Shown here one piece after another: positions 37,663 to 48,364 of a stretch of 64,000 nt of DNA. Under the pieces are notes generated by a model that saw nothing but the letters and a program-made list of their open reading frames with translations, was not told the DNA's origin and made no database searches. The DNA is from an uncultured Gemmatimonas sp. (GTDB lineage Bacteria; Gemmatimonadota; Gemmatimonadetes; Longimicrobiales; Longimicrobiaceae). Every line of letters begins with the position of its first letter. Within the stretch, counting starts at the first letter, position 1. The stretch is taken from positions 7,047 to 71,046 of the forward strand of contig CAYRLB010000001.1 in the NCBI GenBank assembly GCA_964424945.1. Direction: 5' to 3'. Both the position numbers and the translations under genes were made by a program.

Positions 37663-38151
37663 GTGAGATATTTGATTCTTCTGCTTCCCCTCGTCCTCCT
37701 GATCACCGCGTGCAACCCCGGCCCCACCGTCGTGGTCGGAGACGTCTATGTGGTCGAGGCGATGGAGTCCCAGATCAACTTCGGGTCGATCGAGGTGCAT
37801 CTGCTGCCCGATGGGCTCCAGTTGGACTCCGCTCTGTTGAAGCTCTGCCCGAACCGTGACCTGTCCGTCCCGCACGACAGTGCGGACGTGGCGGCGGCAT
37901 GGGAAGGGCGACGGGAGCTTCTGCTGTCGAAATCACAGCGGATGACGCGCGCGGATCCCGACGCCTCCTTCGTCATCGACTCCGTCGCACCCGGGCGATA
38001 CCGGCTCTGGGCCGATACGATCGTCGGCGATCAGCGATATACCTGGCTGCGCTCCTTTCTCGTCCGGCGCGGCGACGACACCGTCCGCGCCAATCTCGGC
38101 AACTCCTCCCTGGACGAAGATCCCTTCCGCTGCTTCAGGAAGGTCTGGTAG
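37663..38151 (+). CDS. Hypothetical lipoprotein (carboxypeptidase-regulatory-like beta segment)
   Basis: Lipobox 'LLITACN'. 'FVIDSVAPGRYRLWA'. GTG start. Confidence 0.55.
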   Translation: MRYLILLLPLVLLITACNPGPTVVVGDVYVVEAMESQINFGSIEVHLLPDGLQLDSALLKLCPNRDLSVPHDSADVAAAWEGRRELLLSKSQRMTRADPDASFVIDSVAPGRYRLWADTIVGDQRYTWLRSFLVRRGDDTVRANLGNSSLDEDPFRCFRKVW

Positions 38152-38291
38152 CGCGCACCTTCTCTGAAGCGCCGCCGCAGCAGCAGCGAAACCGAATTGG
38201 AGGGTGCCACTTCCTACTCACCCTCCCCGCTGACGGTGGGAAGTGTTACTTTTTGAGCCGTCCCCGGATCCGTCCCTCGCGCTCGCAGACG

Positions 38292-39185
38292 ATGAGGCAA
38301 GTCATATCGGTGCCCCCCACGCTCGATGAGCGGGGGTTTGACGCAATAGTCGCGGAGCTGGACAGCGCAGAGGGTTCGGGGTTCCTGATCGACGGTCGAC
38401 ATGTCCGCTGGGCGGACCCGTACGGGATGGTCGGGCTGCTCGCAATCGGCCATCATCTGAAGGAGCAGGGCAGTGCACGGCCGGTCCTCGAGCTGCCGGA
38501 GTCCCCCGAGGTGATGAGTTATCTCGGGCGGATGGGTTTCCTCGAGGACGCTGCAGGGATCTTCGACATTCCGGGCGGCGTCGCCGCCCCGTCAAAGCCG
38601 ACGGGCCCGTCGAACGTCCTCCTCGAGATCACGCAGATCCGCTCCCATGACGATGTCCATGGCGTCATCGAGCATGTGCAGGAGCGGGCCGGGACGATTC
38701 TGACGGAGAAGCTCAATTACTCCCCGGCGGATGCGGTCCCCTTCTCGATCATGCTGTCGGAGGTGTGTCAGAACATCATCGAGCACGCCGAGACCGGGGG
38801 ATGGGTCGGAATCCAGACGTACAACTGGGCTCGGCGACTGGGGCGTCAGGTGGTGGTCATCGGCGTTGCGGATCTGGGGATCGGCTTTCGCGGCTCGCTC
38901 GCGAAGGAGCATGCGGCGCGCTATACCGACCGCTGGGATGACCTCACGGCGCTGCAGGCCGCGTTCCTGCACGGAGTTACGCGCTTTCGTGATCCGGGCC
39001 GCGGTCAGGGTCTGAAGCAGATCCGGAATCGCGTGCACCGCTGGGGCGGGAAGGTGTCGATCCGCAGCGGAACCGCTCGGATCGCCGACGTCCCCGAATG
39101 GGACGATTCGCCCGCGTTCGAGGAGGGACTGCCGGATTTTCCCGGCGCCCAGATTCTCATCGTCCTTCCGGCTCGCGTCGGCTGA
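38292..39185 (+). CDS. GHKL-type ATPase/kinase (RsbW/SpoIIAB-like) with N-terminal STAS-like region
   Basis: N box '[11 protein letters not shown]', G1 'VADLGIGF', G2 'GRGQGLKQI'. N-terminus '[22 protein letters not shown]...YLGRMGFLE'. No HisKA domain. Confidence 0.7.
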   Translation: MRQVISVPPTLDERGFDAIVAELDSAEGSGFLIDGRHVRWADPYGMVGLLAIGHHLKEQGSARPVLELPESPEVMSYLGRMGFLEDAAGIFDIPGGVAAPSKPTGPSNVLLEITQIRSHDDVHGVIEHVQERAGTILTEKLNYSPADAVPFSIMLSEVCQNIIEHAETGGWVGIQTYNWARRLGRQVVVIGVADLGIGFRGSLAKEHAARYTDRWDDLTALQAAFLHGVTRFRDPGRGQGLKQIRNRVHRWGGKVSIRSGTARIADVPEWDDSPAFEEGLPDFPGAQILIVLPARVG

Positions 39186-39231
39186 ACGGAATCACTCGAG
39201 AACTTTTACATCAACCAGGGATACATCGAGA

Positions 39232-39705
39232 ATGGAAAGCATTACCTTCGAGACGAACAAGGGCTCCTTCCGGGCCGAGCTCTATTCGGACGATTCGCCG
39301 ATTGCGGCCGGAAACTTCAAAAAGCTCGTTTCGGAGGGCTTCTACGACGGGATCGTATTCCATCGGGTGATTCCGGACTTCGTCGTGCAGGGTGGTGATC
39401 CGCTCACGAAGGAGCTTCCGCTGAACAACCCGCGCGTCGGGTCGGGCGGTCCGGGCTACACGATCAAGTGCGAGACGAAGGACAACCCGCGCACGCACGA
39501 GCTTGGCGCGCTGTCGATGGCGCACGCCGGGAAGGATACCGGTGGCAGCCAGTTCTTCATCGTGCTGAGCGAGGCCAACACCCGGCATCTCAATGGCGTC
39601 CACACGGTGTTCGGAAAGGTGACGGAGGGCTTCGACGTTGTTCAACAGCTTGAGAAGGGCGACAAGATGGAGAAGGTCTCGGTCGACGGGTCCCAGGCTT
39701 CCTGA
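39232..39705 (+). CDS. ppiB: Cyclophilin-type peptidyl-prolyl isomerase
   Basis: '[15 protein letters not shown]', '[16 protein letters not shown]', 'HTVFGKV'. Confidence 0.9.
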   Translation: MESITFETNKGSFRAELYSDDSPIAAGNFKKLVSEGFYDGIVFHRVIPDFVVQGGDPLTKELPLNNPRVGSGGPGYTIKCETKDNPRTHELGALSMAHAGKDTGGSQFFIVLSEANTRHLNGVHTVFGKVTEGFDVVQQLEKGDKMEKVSVDGSQAS

Positions 39706-39709
39706 GAAG

Positions 39710-40300
39710 ATGCAGGCCCAGCAGGTCCCCGCTTTTGCGATCGATCTGACGCGCCTCCACCGTCGGACCGTCACCTCGTTCTACAGCAACCTGGTGACGC
39801 GCCCGACGGGTCAGGCGGTGCGCCTCGGACTCGAACAGCAGTTGATCGAGCTCGGCCGTGAAGCGGCTCCCTGCCTTTCGATCCTGGACTTCTCGCAGGT
39901 CCGGGTTCTCGACTACTCCTGCGCGGACGAGATCGTCGCGAAGCTCCTCCTCCGGTATGCCGAGAGCGACCGGCCGGTGGACGCCTACTTCGTCGCGCGC
40001 GGGCTGCAGGAGCATCACCTCGAATCGGTCGAGGCGGTGCTCGAGCGTCACGGCCTCCTGCTCGTTGCGGAGGAGCCTGACGTCGATCCGACCCTTCTCG
40101 GTCCGTGCGAGCCTGGTCTTCGGACGTGCTGGGAGGTGCTGATTCGCCGCGGCGCAGTGCGTATCGGCGAGCTTGCTGCGGCGTCCGCTCTTCCCCTGAA
40201 TGAGGTGCGGGAGGCCGTCGACCGCTTCGTGTCGCGGCGGGTTGCGGTCACCTACGGAGATGGCATGATCTGCCCGGTTCCACAGATGCAACAGGCGTGA
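39710..40300 (+). CDS. STAS-like (DUF4325-type) domain protein with C-terminal winged-helix-like region
   Basis: 'LVTRPTGQAVRLGLEQQL...LSILDFSQVRVLDYSCADEIVAKLL' fits the DUF4325 pattern. C-terminal 'VRIGELAAASALPLNEVREAVDRFVSRRV'. Coding-like codon usage. GTGA overlap with ypdA. Confidence 0.55.
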   Translation: MQAQQVPAFAIDLTRLHRRTVTSFYSNLVTRPTGQAVRLGLEQQLIELGREAAPCLSILDFSQVRVLDYSCADEIVAKLLLRYAESDRPVDAYFVARGLQEHHLESVEAVLERHGLLLVAEEPDVDPTLLGPCEPGLRTCWEVLIRRGAVRIGELAAASALPLNEVREAVDRFVSRRVAVTYGDGMICPVPQMQQA

Positions 40301-41343
40301 GCGGCGATATCCCTGGCGGCGCTGAAAAGATCGGTGCCCTGACCTTTCCTGACCCCTCCGTGCCGCTGGACGTGCTGGTCGTAGGTGCGGGACCCTGCGG
40401 GATCGCCGTGGGAGTTGCGGCACGGCAGCACAATCTTTCCTGTCTCCTCGTCGACCGGGGCGCCCTGACGCAGGGGATGATCGAACATCCCACCTACGTC
40501 ACCTATTTCAGCGGACCTGAAAAGCTCGAGGTGGGCGAGGTTCCCTTCACGACCGCAGGCGACAAGCCGACGCGCCGCGAAGCGCTCCGATATTACCGCC
40601 GAGTGGTCGCTTTCTACGGCGTGGATGTCCTTCAGTACCACAACGTCGAGTCGGTCGAACGGGAGGGAGAGCTGTTCGTTGTACGCACCGTTGACCGGAT
40701 GGGCGGTGAGGTCATCGTGCGCGCGCGGAATGTTGTGATCGCCACCGGATATTACGACAATCCGCGGCGGCTGGACGTGCCCGGCGCTGAGCTTCCGAAG
40801 GTCAGCTACTACTTCACCGAGCCTTATCCCTATTTCCAGCAGGATGTCCTCGTCGTCGGAGGCGGGAACTCCGCTGCGGACGCGGCGCTCCTGTGCTGGC
40901 GTGAGGGCGCGAGGGTGACCCTCGTCCACCTTCTCGATCAGCTCGACAAGGGGGTCAAGCCATGGGTGAAGCCCGACATCGAGAACCGTATCGCGGAAGG
41001 GTCGATCCCCACGTTCTGGCACCACCGGATCAGCGAGATCCGCCCGTCGGAGGTCGAGCTCGAGGATGTGCTGACGGGGGAACGCAGAGTTCTGCCGAAT
41101 GACTGGGTGCTGGCGATGATCGGGTATGTACCGAGCCCCGGTCTGCTCACGAGCCTCGACGTCCATATCGATGACGCGTCGGGCATTCCCAGCCATGATC
41201 CGATGACGATGAAGACGAACGCGGAAGGGGTCTACATCGCGGGTGTGCTCGCGGCGGGCTACGACGCGAACAAGATCTTCATCGAGAATGGGAAGCTGCA
41301 CGGCGAACTGATCGCGCGCTCAGTCGCGGCCGAAAGAGCATAG
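40297..41343 (+). CDS. ypdA: YpdA-family putative bacillithiol disulfide reductase
   Basis: Similar over its full length to my recollection of B. subtilis YpdA: 'VVGAGPCGIA', 'HPTYVTYFSGPEKLEVG', 'VIATGYYDNP', 'VVGGGNSAADAAL', 'KIFIENGKLHG'. Confidence 0.8.
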   Translation: MSGDIPGGAEKIGALTFPDPSVPLDVLVVGAGPCGIAVGVAARQHNLSCLLVDRGALTQGMIEHPTYVTYFSGPEKLEVGEVPFTTAGDKPTRREALRYYRRVVAFYGVDVLQYHNVESVEREGELFVVRTVDRMGGEVIVRARNVVIATGYYDNPRRLDVPGAELPKVSYYFTEPYPYFQQDVLVVGGGNSAADAALLCWREGARVTLVHLLDQLDKGVKPWVKPDIENRIAEGSIPTFWHHRISEIRPSEVELEDVLTGERRVLPNDWVLAMIGYVPSPGLLTSLDVHIDDASGIPSHDPMTMKTNAEGVYIAGVLAAGYDANKIFIENGKLHGELIARSVAAERA

Positions 41344-41517
41344 TCGTCGGAGCTTCAGGGAGGCGGACTTCGACCGATCCGATGTTCGACGTCTGACCAC
41401 ACGGCCTGGCCGAAGAAAGCGCTCCTCCTCCTCAACGACGCAACGGCCCGGCGATCGTCTGCAATCCGCCGGGCCGCTTCAGCATCCGCTTTCTTGCGGC
41501 ACCCCTCCAAAAAGCTT

Positions 41518-41572
41518 CCGGCGGGGCGGCGTAGGCGAACACTCGAGTGTGCCGCCTACGCCGCCCCGCCGG
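41518..41572. terminator. 55-nt near-perfect palindrome between convergent ypdA and purF (bidirectional terminator-like)
   Basis: 20-bp perfect arms CCGGCGGGGCGGCGTAGGCG / CGCCTACGCCGCCCCGCCGG around the nested palindrome ACACTCGAGTGT. The minus-strand reading is followed by AAGCUUUUUGG. Confidence 0.6.
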
Positions 41573-41594
41573 AGACGCTTTATCTACTTCCTTC

Positions 41595-42992
41595 TCAGAA
41601 CTCGAAGCTGAGCACTTCCCGGGCAGTCTCCGCCCGCTCCATATCGATGAGAGGGGCAGGGTAGTGCCCCGAAAAGCACGCCGAGCAGAAGGTCGCCTTG
41701 TCGTCGACGGCATCCATCATTCCCTCGAGGGAAAGATACCCGAGGGAATCGACGCCGAGGGTTTCCCGAATCTCCTGCTGCGTATTGTGCGAGGCGATGA
41801 GCTCCTCGCGCGTAGGCATGTCGATCCCGTAGTAGCAGGGATGCTTCACCGGCGGCGACGCGAGTCGGAAATGGACCTCGGTTGCACCTGCCTCGCGCAG
41901 CAGATTCACAAGCCCCCGCGAGGTCGTTCCGCGGACGAGTGAGTCGTCCACAACCACGACCCGCTTGCCCTCCAGCACCTCGCGGACCGGACTGTACTTC
42001 ATCCGCACCTTGAAGTTTCGACCCGCCTGGGAGGGTTCAATGAACGTTCGGCCGATGTAATGGTTACGGATCAGGCCGAGCTCGAAGGGAATCCCTGATT
42101 CTTCGGCGAAGCCGAGCGCAGCCGAGTTTGCCGAGTCCGGAACCGCGATCACACAGTCTGCCTCGGCCGGATGTTCGACGGCGAGCTGTCGACCGAGGGC
42201 ACGGCGTGACCTGTCGACCGAATAGCCCCACAGTCGGGAGTCCGGTCGGGCAAAGTACACCAGCTCGAAGACGCAGGGGGCAGGCGGTGTATACGATCCC
42301 AGCGGCCGGAGGCGCGTCATCTCGCCATCGCGGATGCGGACCACCTCGCCGGGCTCGAGATCGCGGAGGTACGTCGCCCCGACGATGTCCAGGGCACACG
42401 TCTCCGAAGCGACGACGAACCCGCCATCCTTCTGCCCGAGCACCAGGGGACGGAAGCCGTGTCTGTCCCGAGCAGCGTAGAGAGTGTCCCCGATCGTGAT
42501 GAGAACGGAGAAGGCACCCTCGAGCTGGGACAGCGCATCGTCTACCTGACCATCCACATCGTCGCGTCGCGAGCGGGCGATCAGGTGAACGATGACTTCC
42601 GAATCGATGGAGGTCTGGAAGAGCGCGCCCTCGTGGACGAGCCTGTTCCGGAGCTCCTGTGCGTTGGTGAGATTCCCGTTGTGCGCGAGCGCGAGGTTTC
42701 CCTCGGCGTAGCGCACCAGGAGCGGTTGCGCGTTGGCCAGGCCCGCGCCACCCGCCGTGGAGTAGCGGATATGCCCGAGCGCCGTCTCACCTTTGAGACC
42801 GGCAAGAACATCTCCACTGAAGGCGTCTGCCACCAGCCCGATGTCCTTGTGAATGTGGCTCGTACCATCCGGGTCCGTATCGATGGACACGATCCCCGCT
42901 GCCTCCTGCCCGCGATGCTGCAACGAGTAGAGAGACAGGAACACCAGTCCGGCAGCTTCGGAAACCCCGCTGACCGCCGCTATCCCACACAT
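41595..42992 (-). CDS. purF: Amidophosphoribosyltransferase
   Basis: N-terminal 'MCGI' nucleophile and PRTase motif 'VVVVDDSLVRGTT'. Confidence 0.95.
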   Translation of the reverse strand: MCGIAAVSGVSEAAGLVFLSLYSLQHRGQEAAGIVSIDTDPDGTSHIHKDIGLVADAFSGDVLAGLKGETALGHIRYSTAGGAGLANAQPLLVRYAEGNLALAHNGNLTNAQELRNRLVHEGALFQTSIDSEVIVHLIARSRRDDVDGQVDDALSQLEGAFSVLITIGDTLYAARDRHGFRPLVLGQKDGGFVVASETCALDIVGATYLRDLEPGEVVRIRDGEMTRLRPLGSYTPPAPCVFELVYFARPDSRLWGYSVDRSRRALGRQLAVEHPAEADCVIAVPDSANSAALGFAEESGIPFELGLIRNHYIGRTFIEPSQAGRNFKVRMKYSPVREVLEGKRVVVVDDSLVRGTTSRGLVNLLREAGATEVHFRLASPPVKHPCYYGIDMPTREELIASHNTQQEIRETLGVDSLGYLSLEGMMDAVDDKATFCSACFSGHYPAPLIDMERAETAREVLSFEF

Positions 42993-43023
42993 CGCATATC
43001 TCTGGTAGAAAAGCGCCTGTTTT

Positions 43024-45339
43024 TCAGGTGCTTTGTACTTCGGAGTCTAGCGCCGTCGAGATGTCGACCGGCGACTGGTCCATCCTGCGAGGAATGGCGC
43101 CGTAGTAGGTGCGAGCGACCTCTTCGACGGCCACGTCGAGCGTCTTCTCATCTGTAACGATCCTGAACCGTCCCTGCGAATTCCCGACCGTTCCGATCTG
43201 TCGCGCGGGAACGCCAGCCGCTGAGAAATGCTGCAACGTCTGTTCGACATCCCCCGGGAGACACGAAACGACGATTCGTGACTGGCCTTCCCCGTAAAGC
43301 AGAGCTTCGGTATCGATCCCCTCATCGATGAGCTTCACATCGATACCGACCGGGCTCTCGCGCCGGGCGATCGCGGATTCGGCCAGGGCAACTGCGAGGC
43401 CGCCCTCGGAAACATCGTGGGCCGACTGGATCAAGCCCTTCCGGATGGCTTCCAGCAGCGTCTGCTGGAGAGCCTTCTCGGCGTCGAGATCGATGTGCGG
43501 AGCATCCCCAGTCACCAGCCCATGGACGACCTTCAGATACTCGCTGCCGCCGAGTTCATCCGTGTTCGTGCCAAGGAGCAGGACCGCATCGCCTTCATTC
43601 TTGAAGTCGACGGTCGTGATGTGATCGAGATCATCGATGACGCCGACCATCCCGATCGTCGGTGTGGGGTAGATCGCCCCACGCGGATTCTCATTGTAAA
43701 GCGAGACATTGCCGCCCGTTACCGGCGTCTCGAAGATGCGGCACGCTTCACCGATGCCGGCCACCGCTTCCGAGAGCTGGTAATACACCTCGGGCTTCAA
43801 GGGGTTGCCGAAATTGAGGTTATCGGTAACTGCACGTGGCGTTGCACCGGAGCAGACGAGGTTCCGTGCCGCCTCGGCCACCGCGATCCGTCCGCCCTGC
43901 CGCGGGTTAAGATAGACGTACCGGCCATTGCAATCGATCGTCGCGGCGATTGCACGGCGGGTTCCCCGTAGACGGATGACGGCGGCATCGGAGCCCGGCC
44001 CGACGATGGTGCCCGTCCGAACGGTGCTGTCGTACTGCTCGTAGATCCAGCGCTTCGAGGCGATCGTCGGGGCGTCCAGCAGCGTGAGCAGCGCCCACGC
44101 CGGGTCGCTCTCCTCTTCACGCCGCTGAAGAGACTTCGCGTCCCAGTCGCGGAGCGCCTGAATCTCCGGGGCCTCGATTCCTTCACGCGTGTAGGTCGGG
44201 CAGGTGTCGACAAGGGGCTCACCGGGGATCTCGACGACGACCTCGCCATTCTCCCGGATGATGTAGAGCCCGGTATCGGTGACATGACCGATCGTCTCGG
44301 CGTCCAGATCCCACTTCCCGAGGATCTCCCGGACGTCATCTTCGCGCCCGGCCTTCGCGACGACCAGCATCCGCTCCTGCGTTTCCGAAAGGAGGATCTC
44401 GTACGGCGTCATCCCCGATTCGCGTACGGGGACGCGGGTGATCTCGATATCGACACCGGTGCCGCCGCGCGCCGCCATCTCGGTCGAGGAGGAGACGAGG
44501 CCCGCCGCTCCCATATCCTGGATACCGACGATGTGACCCGAACGGATCAGCTCGAGCGACGCCTCCAGGAGGAGCTTCTCGGTGAAGGGGTCGCCCACCT
44601 GCACCATCGGACGCTTCGCCTCACTCTCCTCCGTCAGCTCCGCCGAGGCGAAGGTCGCCCCATGGATGCCGTCGCGGCCCGTCTTCGAGCCGACGGCCAT
44701 GATCGGATTCCCGACGCCCTCAGCGACCCCCTTGATGAGCTCTTCGCGCTTCATCAGCCCGATCGCCATCGCGTTGACGAGCGGATTCCCCTCGTACGCG
44801 CCGTCGAAGTAGACCTCGCCGCCGACGGTCGGGATGCCGACGCAGTTCCCGTAATCGCCGATGCCTCGTACGACCCCGGCCAGCAGGTAGCGGACGCGAT
44901 CGGCGGAAGCGCCGTCGAGCTCACCGAAGCGCAGGGAGTTGAGGACTGCGATCGGGCGCGCGCCCATGGTGAAGACGTCCCGGAGGATGCCACCGACCCC
45001 TGTCGCGGCGCCCTGGTAGGGCTCGACGGCCGAGGGGTGATTGTGGGATTCAACCTTGAAGGCTACGGCGAGGCCGTCACCGACTTCAATTACTCCAGCG
45101 TTTTCACCCGGACCCTGAAGCACCCAGGGGGCCTTCGTGGGAAGGGTGCGCAGAAGCGGCTTCGAGTTCTTGTAGCCGCAATGCTCCGACCACATCGCGC
45201 TGAAGACGCCGAGCTCGGTATAGGTCGGCTCCCGCCCCAGAATCCCGAGGATGAGATCGTATTCGTACTCTGATATTCCATGATCCGCGATGAGCTCCGG
45301 CGTGATCGCCGGGTCACCCGCGCGTGCCTGTACCGCCAA
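43024..45339 (-). CDS. purL: Phosphoribosylformylglycinamidine synthase subunit PurL
   Basis: 771 aa. 'SEHCGYK', 'VESHNHPS', duplicated AIR-synthase-like domains. Confidence 0.95.
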   Translation of the reverse strand: MAVQARAGDPAITPELIADHGISEYEYDLILGILGREPTYTELGVFSAMWSEHCGYKNSKPLLRTLPTKAPWVLQGPGENAGVIEVGDGLAVAFKVESHNHPSAVEPYQGAATGVGGILRDVFTMGARPIAVLNSLRFGELDGASADRVRYLLAGVVRGIGDYGNCVGIPTVGGEVYFDGAYEGNPLVNAMAIGLMKREELIKGVAEGVGNPIMAVGSKTGRDGIHGATFASAELTEESEAKRPMVQVGDPFTEKLLLEASLELIRSGHIVGIQDMGAAGLVSSSTEMAARGGTGVDIEITRVPVRESGMTPYEILLSETQERMLVVAKAGREDDVREILGKWDLDAETIGHVTDTGLYIIRENGEVVVEIPGEPLVDTCPTYTREGIEAPEIQALRDWDAKSLQRREEESDPAWALLTLLDAPTIASKRWIYEQYDSTVRTGTIVGPGSDAAVIRLRGTRRAIAATIDCNGRYVYLNPRQGGRIAVAEAARNLVCSGATPRAVTDNLNFGNPLKPEVYYQLSEAVAGIGEACRIFETPVTGGNVSLYNENPRGAIYPTPTIGMVGVIDDLDHITTVDFKNEGDAVLLLGTNTDELGGSEYLKVVHGLVTGDAPHIDLDAEKALQQTLLEAIRKGLIQSAHDVSEGGLAVALAESAIARRESPVGIDVKLIDEGIDTEALLYGEGQSRIVVSCLPGDVEQTLQHFSAAGVPARQIGTVGNSQGRFRIVTDEKTLDVAVEEVARTYYGAIPRRMDQSPVDISTALDSEVQST

Positions 45340-45412
45340 TGTATGCCTCAGAGTGAAATTCGTACGTCATCCGGTCCGGCGCCTTCGCGCCGGGCCGAGG
45401 GCCGCCCGCGGA

Positions 45413-46117
45413 TCAGCGTACTGCCGGAGCCCCGAGGTGTTCCCCGAGAGACTCGAACAGACCGACCCCATCCACCGACCCGAGAACCATGTCCACCGCG
45501 CGCTCGGGATGCGGCATCATGCCGAGCACATTCCCTTCAGCATTAACGATCCCGGCGATATTCCGCACGGACCCGTTGGGATTCGCCTCGGACGTAACAT
45601 TTCCGTCCGCATCGCAGTACCGGAAGATGACACGTCCGGCATCCTCGAGCGCGTCGACCTCGGCATCGGGCGCAACAAAGGAGCCCTCCCCATGCGCGAT
45701 CGGGATCTGCAGCACCTGGCCCACTTCGTATGCGGTTGTGTATGGTGCGACGCTCTGCTCGACCCGCAGGTAGACGGGCTTCGAACGGAACTTCAGCGAC
45801 CGGTTGCGGATCAGGGCGCCCGGCAGCAGGCCCGCCTCGCAGAGGATCTGGAAACCGTTGCAGATGCCGACGACGAGGCCGCCCTGCTCCGCGAACGACT
45901 TGACCTCGCGCATGATCGGGCTGAGGCTCGCGATGGCGCCGGCCCGCAGATAGTCCCCATAGCTGAAGCCGCCCGGAAGGAAGACCGCGTCCACTCCCTT
46001 CAGGTCATGCTCCTTGTGCCAGAGATACTGCGTATCCGCGCCAAGGACGTCCTTCGTTGCGTGGTAGCAGTCATAATCGCAATTCGAGCCAGGGAAGGTG
46101 ACTACCCCGATCTTCAT
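45413..46117 (-). CDS. purQ: Phosphoribosylformylglycinamidine synthase glutaminase subunit PurQ
   Basis: '[16 protein letters not shown]', '[10 protein letters not shown]', nucleophile 'GICNGFQIL', 'MMPHPER'. ATGA overlap with purS. Confidence 0.9.
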   Translation of the reverse strand: MKIGVVTFPGSNCDYDCYHATKDVLGADTQYLWHKEHDLKGVDAVFLPGGFSYGDYLRAGAIASLSPIMREVKSFAEQGGLVVGICNGFQILCEAGLLPGALIRNRSLKFRSKPVYLRVEQSVAPYTTAYEVGQVLQIPIAHGEGSFVAPDAEVDALEDAGRVIFRYCDADGNVTSEANPNGSVRNIAGIVNAEGNVLGMMPHPERAVDMVLGSVDGVGLFESLGEHLGAPAVR

Positions 46118-46392
46118 GCGGGTACCGCTCCCTCCGCCGCATCTTCGATCACCGCCACCTCGAAATCCTCCGTGACCGGGTTGGCCAGGAGCTGGCGACA
46201 CATCGCGATCGCCTGCTGACGCGCCGCCTCGGAATCGGGGGCGTCGAGCTGGAGGCGGACCAATCTTCCGACATGAACCTCTTCCACGCCCGAAAAGCCG
46301 AGCGAGGTCAGCGCCCCATGCACAGCCTTACCCTGCGGATCGAGGATACCCCGCCGCGGGACGACGCGGACTTCGACCTGATATGTCATCAC
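46114..46392 (-). CDS. purS: Phosphoribosylformylglycinamidine synthase subunit PurS
   Basis: 92 aa. '[30 protein letters not shown]'. Confidence 0.9.
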   Translation of the reverse strand: MMTYQVEVRVVPRRGILDPQGKAVHGALTSLGFSGVEEVHVGRLVRLQLDAPDSEAARQQAIAMCRQLLANPVTEDFEVAVIEDAAEGAVPA

Positions 46393-46399
46393 GCCTCAT

Positions 46400-47251
46400 T
46401 CATTTGGGAAAACGCCGGACGCGCCTGCGAAAGCGCGGTCGCGGCTCGATCGAATCGTACGCAAGATCCCGCTGACCCTGCTCCGTCTCCTCAACGTCGA
46501 TAAGCGGATCCCGGTGCGGAAGCCGCTCATGGAAGCCTGCCATCACAGTGCGGACCAGGCCGACCGTGATATAAATGATGCAGGCCGGAAAGAAGAAGAG
46601 CGACGGGATGGTGAACGCCGCCACGGTCGCGAGCAGGGCGATCCCCATCGTGACCCTCCCGCGCATCGTACGCGGGTCGAAACGGGGGACGACGGGATAA
46701 AGGACGTGGCTCATCATCAGCGCGGCGAGCGCGAGAAGAAGTGCCACGGTCAGCTGACTCCAGGGCAGGTGTGACAGATTCGCCTGGAAGAAGTCGGTCT
46801 GACTGAATGGATAGAAGGTCGCGATGGTCATCCCCGCCGTCGGGGAGGGGAGACCATGGAAGTTCGCCTTCGCCTGGCCAGCCTGCTCTACATTGAACCG
46901 CGCAAGCCGTATCACGCCCGCTGCGATGTAGATGTAGGCGATCGCCCAGGTCCAGGCGCCTTCGGAAAGGAAGAGGAAGTAGGCGATGACGGCCGGGGCG
47001 ACCCCGAAGCTTATCGCGTCGACGAGCGAGTCGATCTGCTCGCCGAACTCACTCCCGGTGCTGGTGAAGCGCGCGATGCGGCCATCCAGCATGTCGACGG
47101 CTGCAGCGACGACGATCAGCCAGGCGGCGAGGTCGAACTGACCCCGCGAGGCGCTGATCATCGCCCAGAAGCCGAGGAAAAGATTTCCGAGCGTGAAGGC
47201 GCTGGGAAGGACGATGACGCCGCGTTGGAGTTGACGGCGCGAAGGTCTCAT
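46400..47251 (-). CDS. pssA: CDP-diacylglycerol--serine O-phosphatidyltransferase
   Basis: CDP-alcohol phosphatidyltransferase motif 'DMLDGRIARFTSTGSEFGEQIDSLVD'. Multi-pass membrane protein. Confidence 0.85.
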   Translation of the reverse strand: MRPSRRQLQRGVIVLPSAFTLGNLFLGFWAMISASRGQFDLAAWLIVVAAAVDMLDGRIARFTSTGSEFGEQIDSLVDAISFGVAPAVIAYFLFLSEGAWTWAIAYIYIAAGVIRLARFNVEQAGQAKANFHGLPSPTAGMTIATFYPFSQTDFFQANLSHLPWSQLTVALLLALAALMMSHVLYPVVPRFDPRTMRGRVTMGIALLATVAAFTIPSLFFFPACIIYITVGLVRTVMAGFHERLPHRDPLIDVEETEQGQRDLAYDSIEPRPRFRRRVRRFPK

Positions 47252-48192
47252 CCGCGGCCCCAGGTCGTCAGATCCACGTCGTCGAGGGTGCTGCCCGTGA
47301 GCAGACGGAACGCTTCCTGGTAGCGGCGGGCTGTTTCTTCGACCTGAGCCTCAGGCAGATCGGGCGCAGGGGGGTGCCGATCCCACCTTCCACCTGCGAC
47401 GAGCCCTTCGAGATAGTCGCGGATCGGCTGCTTGTCGAAGGAGGGCTGCGGATGGCCGGCCCGATAGCCGTCGCTGGGCCAGAAGCGCGACGAATCCGGG
47501 GTCATCATCTCATCCATGACCCGAAGCGTACCATCGGTATCGCGGCCGAACTCGAACTTGGTATCGGCGATGATGATGCCCCTCTGCGCGGCGATCTTCC
47601 TGCCATGTTCGTAGATGCGGATGCTCTGATCGCGCAACTCCGAAGCCACCTCGACACCTACTGCCTCAGCCGCCTGGGCGAAGCTGATGTTCTCGTCGTG
47701 GCCCTCTTCCGCTTTCGTGGCGGGGGAGAAAACCGGACTTTCCATCTGCTGGGACTCCAGGAGACCTGCGGGAAGAGGCTCACCGGCGAGGGTGCCCGCT
47801 TCGCGATACTCCTTCCATGCCGATCCCGAGATGTAGCCGCGAACGACGCACTCGATCGGCACCGGCTCGAGCTTCCGCGCGAGCATCGAACGGCGCGCCC
47901 ACACGCTCCGGCTCGCCGCAAGCTGCGGATAGCGGCTCGCGATCTCCTCCGGATCGATCGACAGGACGTGGTTCGGAACGAGGTCGGCGGTCTGACCGAA
48001 CCACCATGCGGAGATCAGCGTGAGGACCTCACCCTTCCGCGGGACGGGCTGCGGCAGAACGACGTCGAACGCACTGACCCGATCTGTGGCGACGAGGAGA
48101 AGCGCGTCGCCAAGATCATAAACGTCGCGCACCTTCCCTCTCCGAAGCAGGGGTGCGGGAAGGTCCGTTTGCGCAATCGTTTCGTTCAGCAC
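47248..48192 (-). CDS. purC: Phosphoribosylaminoimidazole-succinocarboxamide synthase
   Basis: 'RRGKVRDVYDLGDALLLVATDRVSAFD'. GTG start chosen for normal length. ATGA overlap with pssA. Confidence 0.9.
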   Translation of the reverse strand: MLNETIAQTDLPAPLLRRGKVRDVYDLGDALLLVATDRVSAFDVVLPQPVPRKGEVLTLISAWWFGQTADLVPNHVLSIDPEEIASRYPQLAASRSVWARRSMLARKLEPVPIECVVRGYISGSAWKEYREAGTLAGEPLPAGLLESQQMESPVFSPATKAEEGHDENISFAQAAEAVGVEVASELRDQSIRIYEHGRKIAAQRGIIIADTKFEFGRDTDGTLRVMDEMMTPDSSRFWPSDGYRAGHPQPSFDKQPIRDYLEGLVAGGRWDRHPPAPDLPEAQVEETARRYQEAFRLLTGSTLDDVDLTTWGRG

Positions 48193-48364
48193 CGAGCTTT
48201 TCTTATAGCACTGGGATAGCCAGGACAATTCACAAAAGTAACAGTTTTGAACGGATAGCGGCAAGCTGCCGGGAAGCCCGCCGCCGTCCACCGCTCCGAT
48301 CATCGCCCTGGCGGGTGATCGTGGGGGTCGCATTGCTGCGCCGGCCCGATCACCCTCGCCCGCT

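Noticed and set aside
39590-40423. 277-aa minus-strand ORF
   Set aside because: Arg-rich shadow frame. The plus-strand STAS-like gene has coding-type codon usage and a GTGA junction to ypdA.
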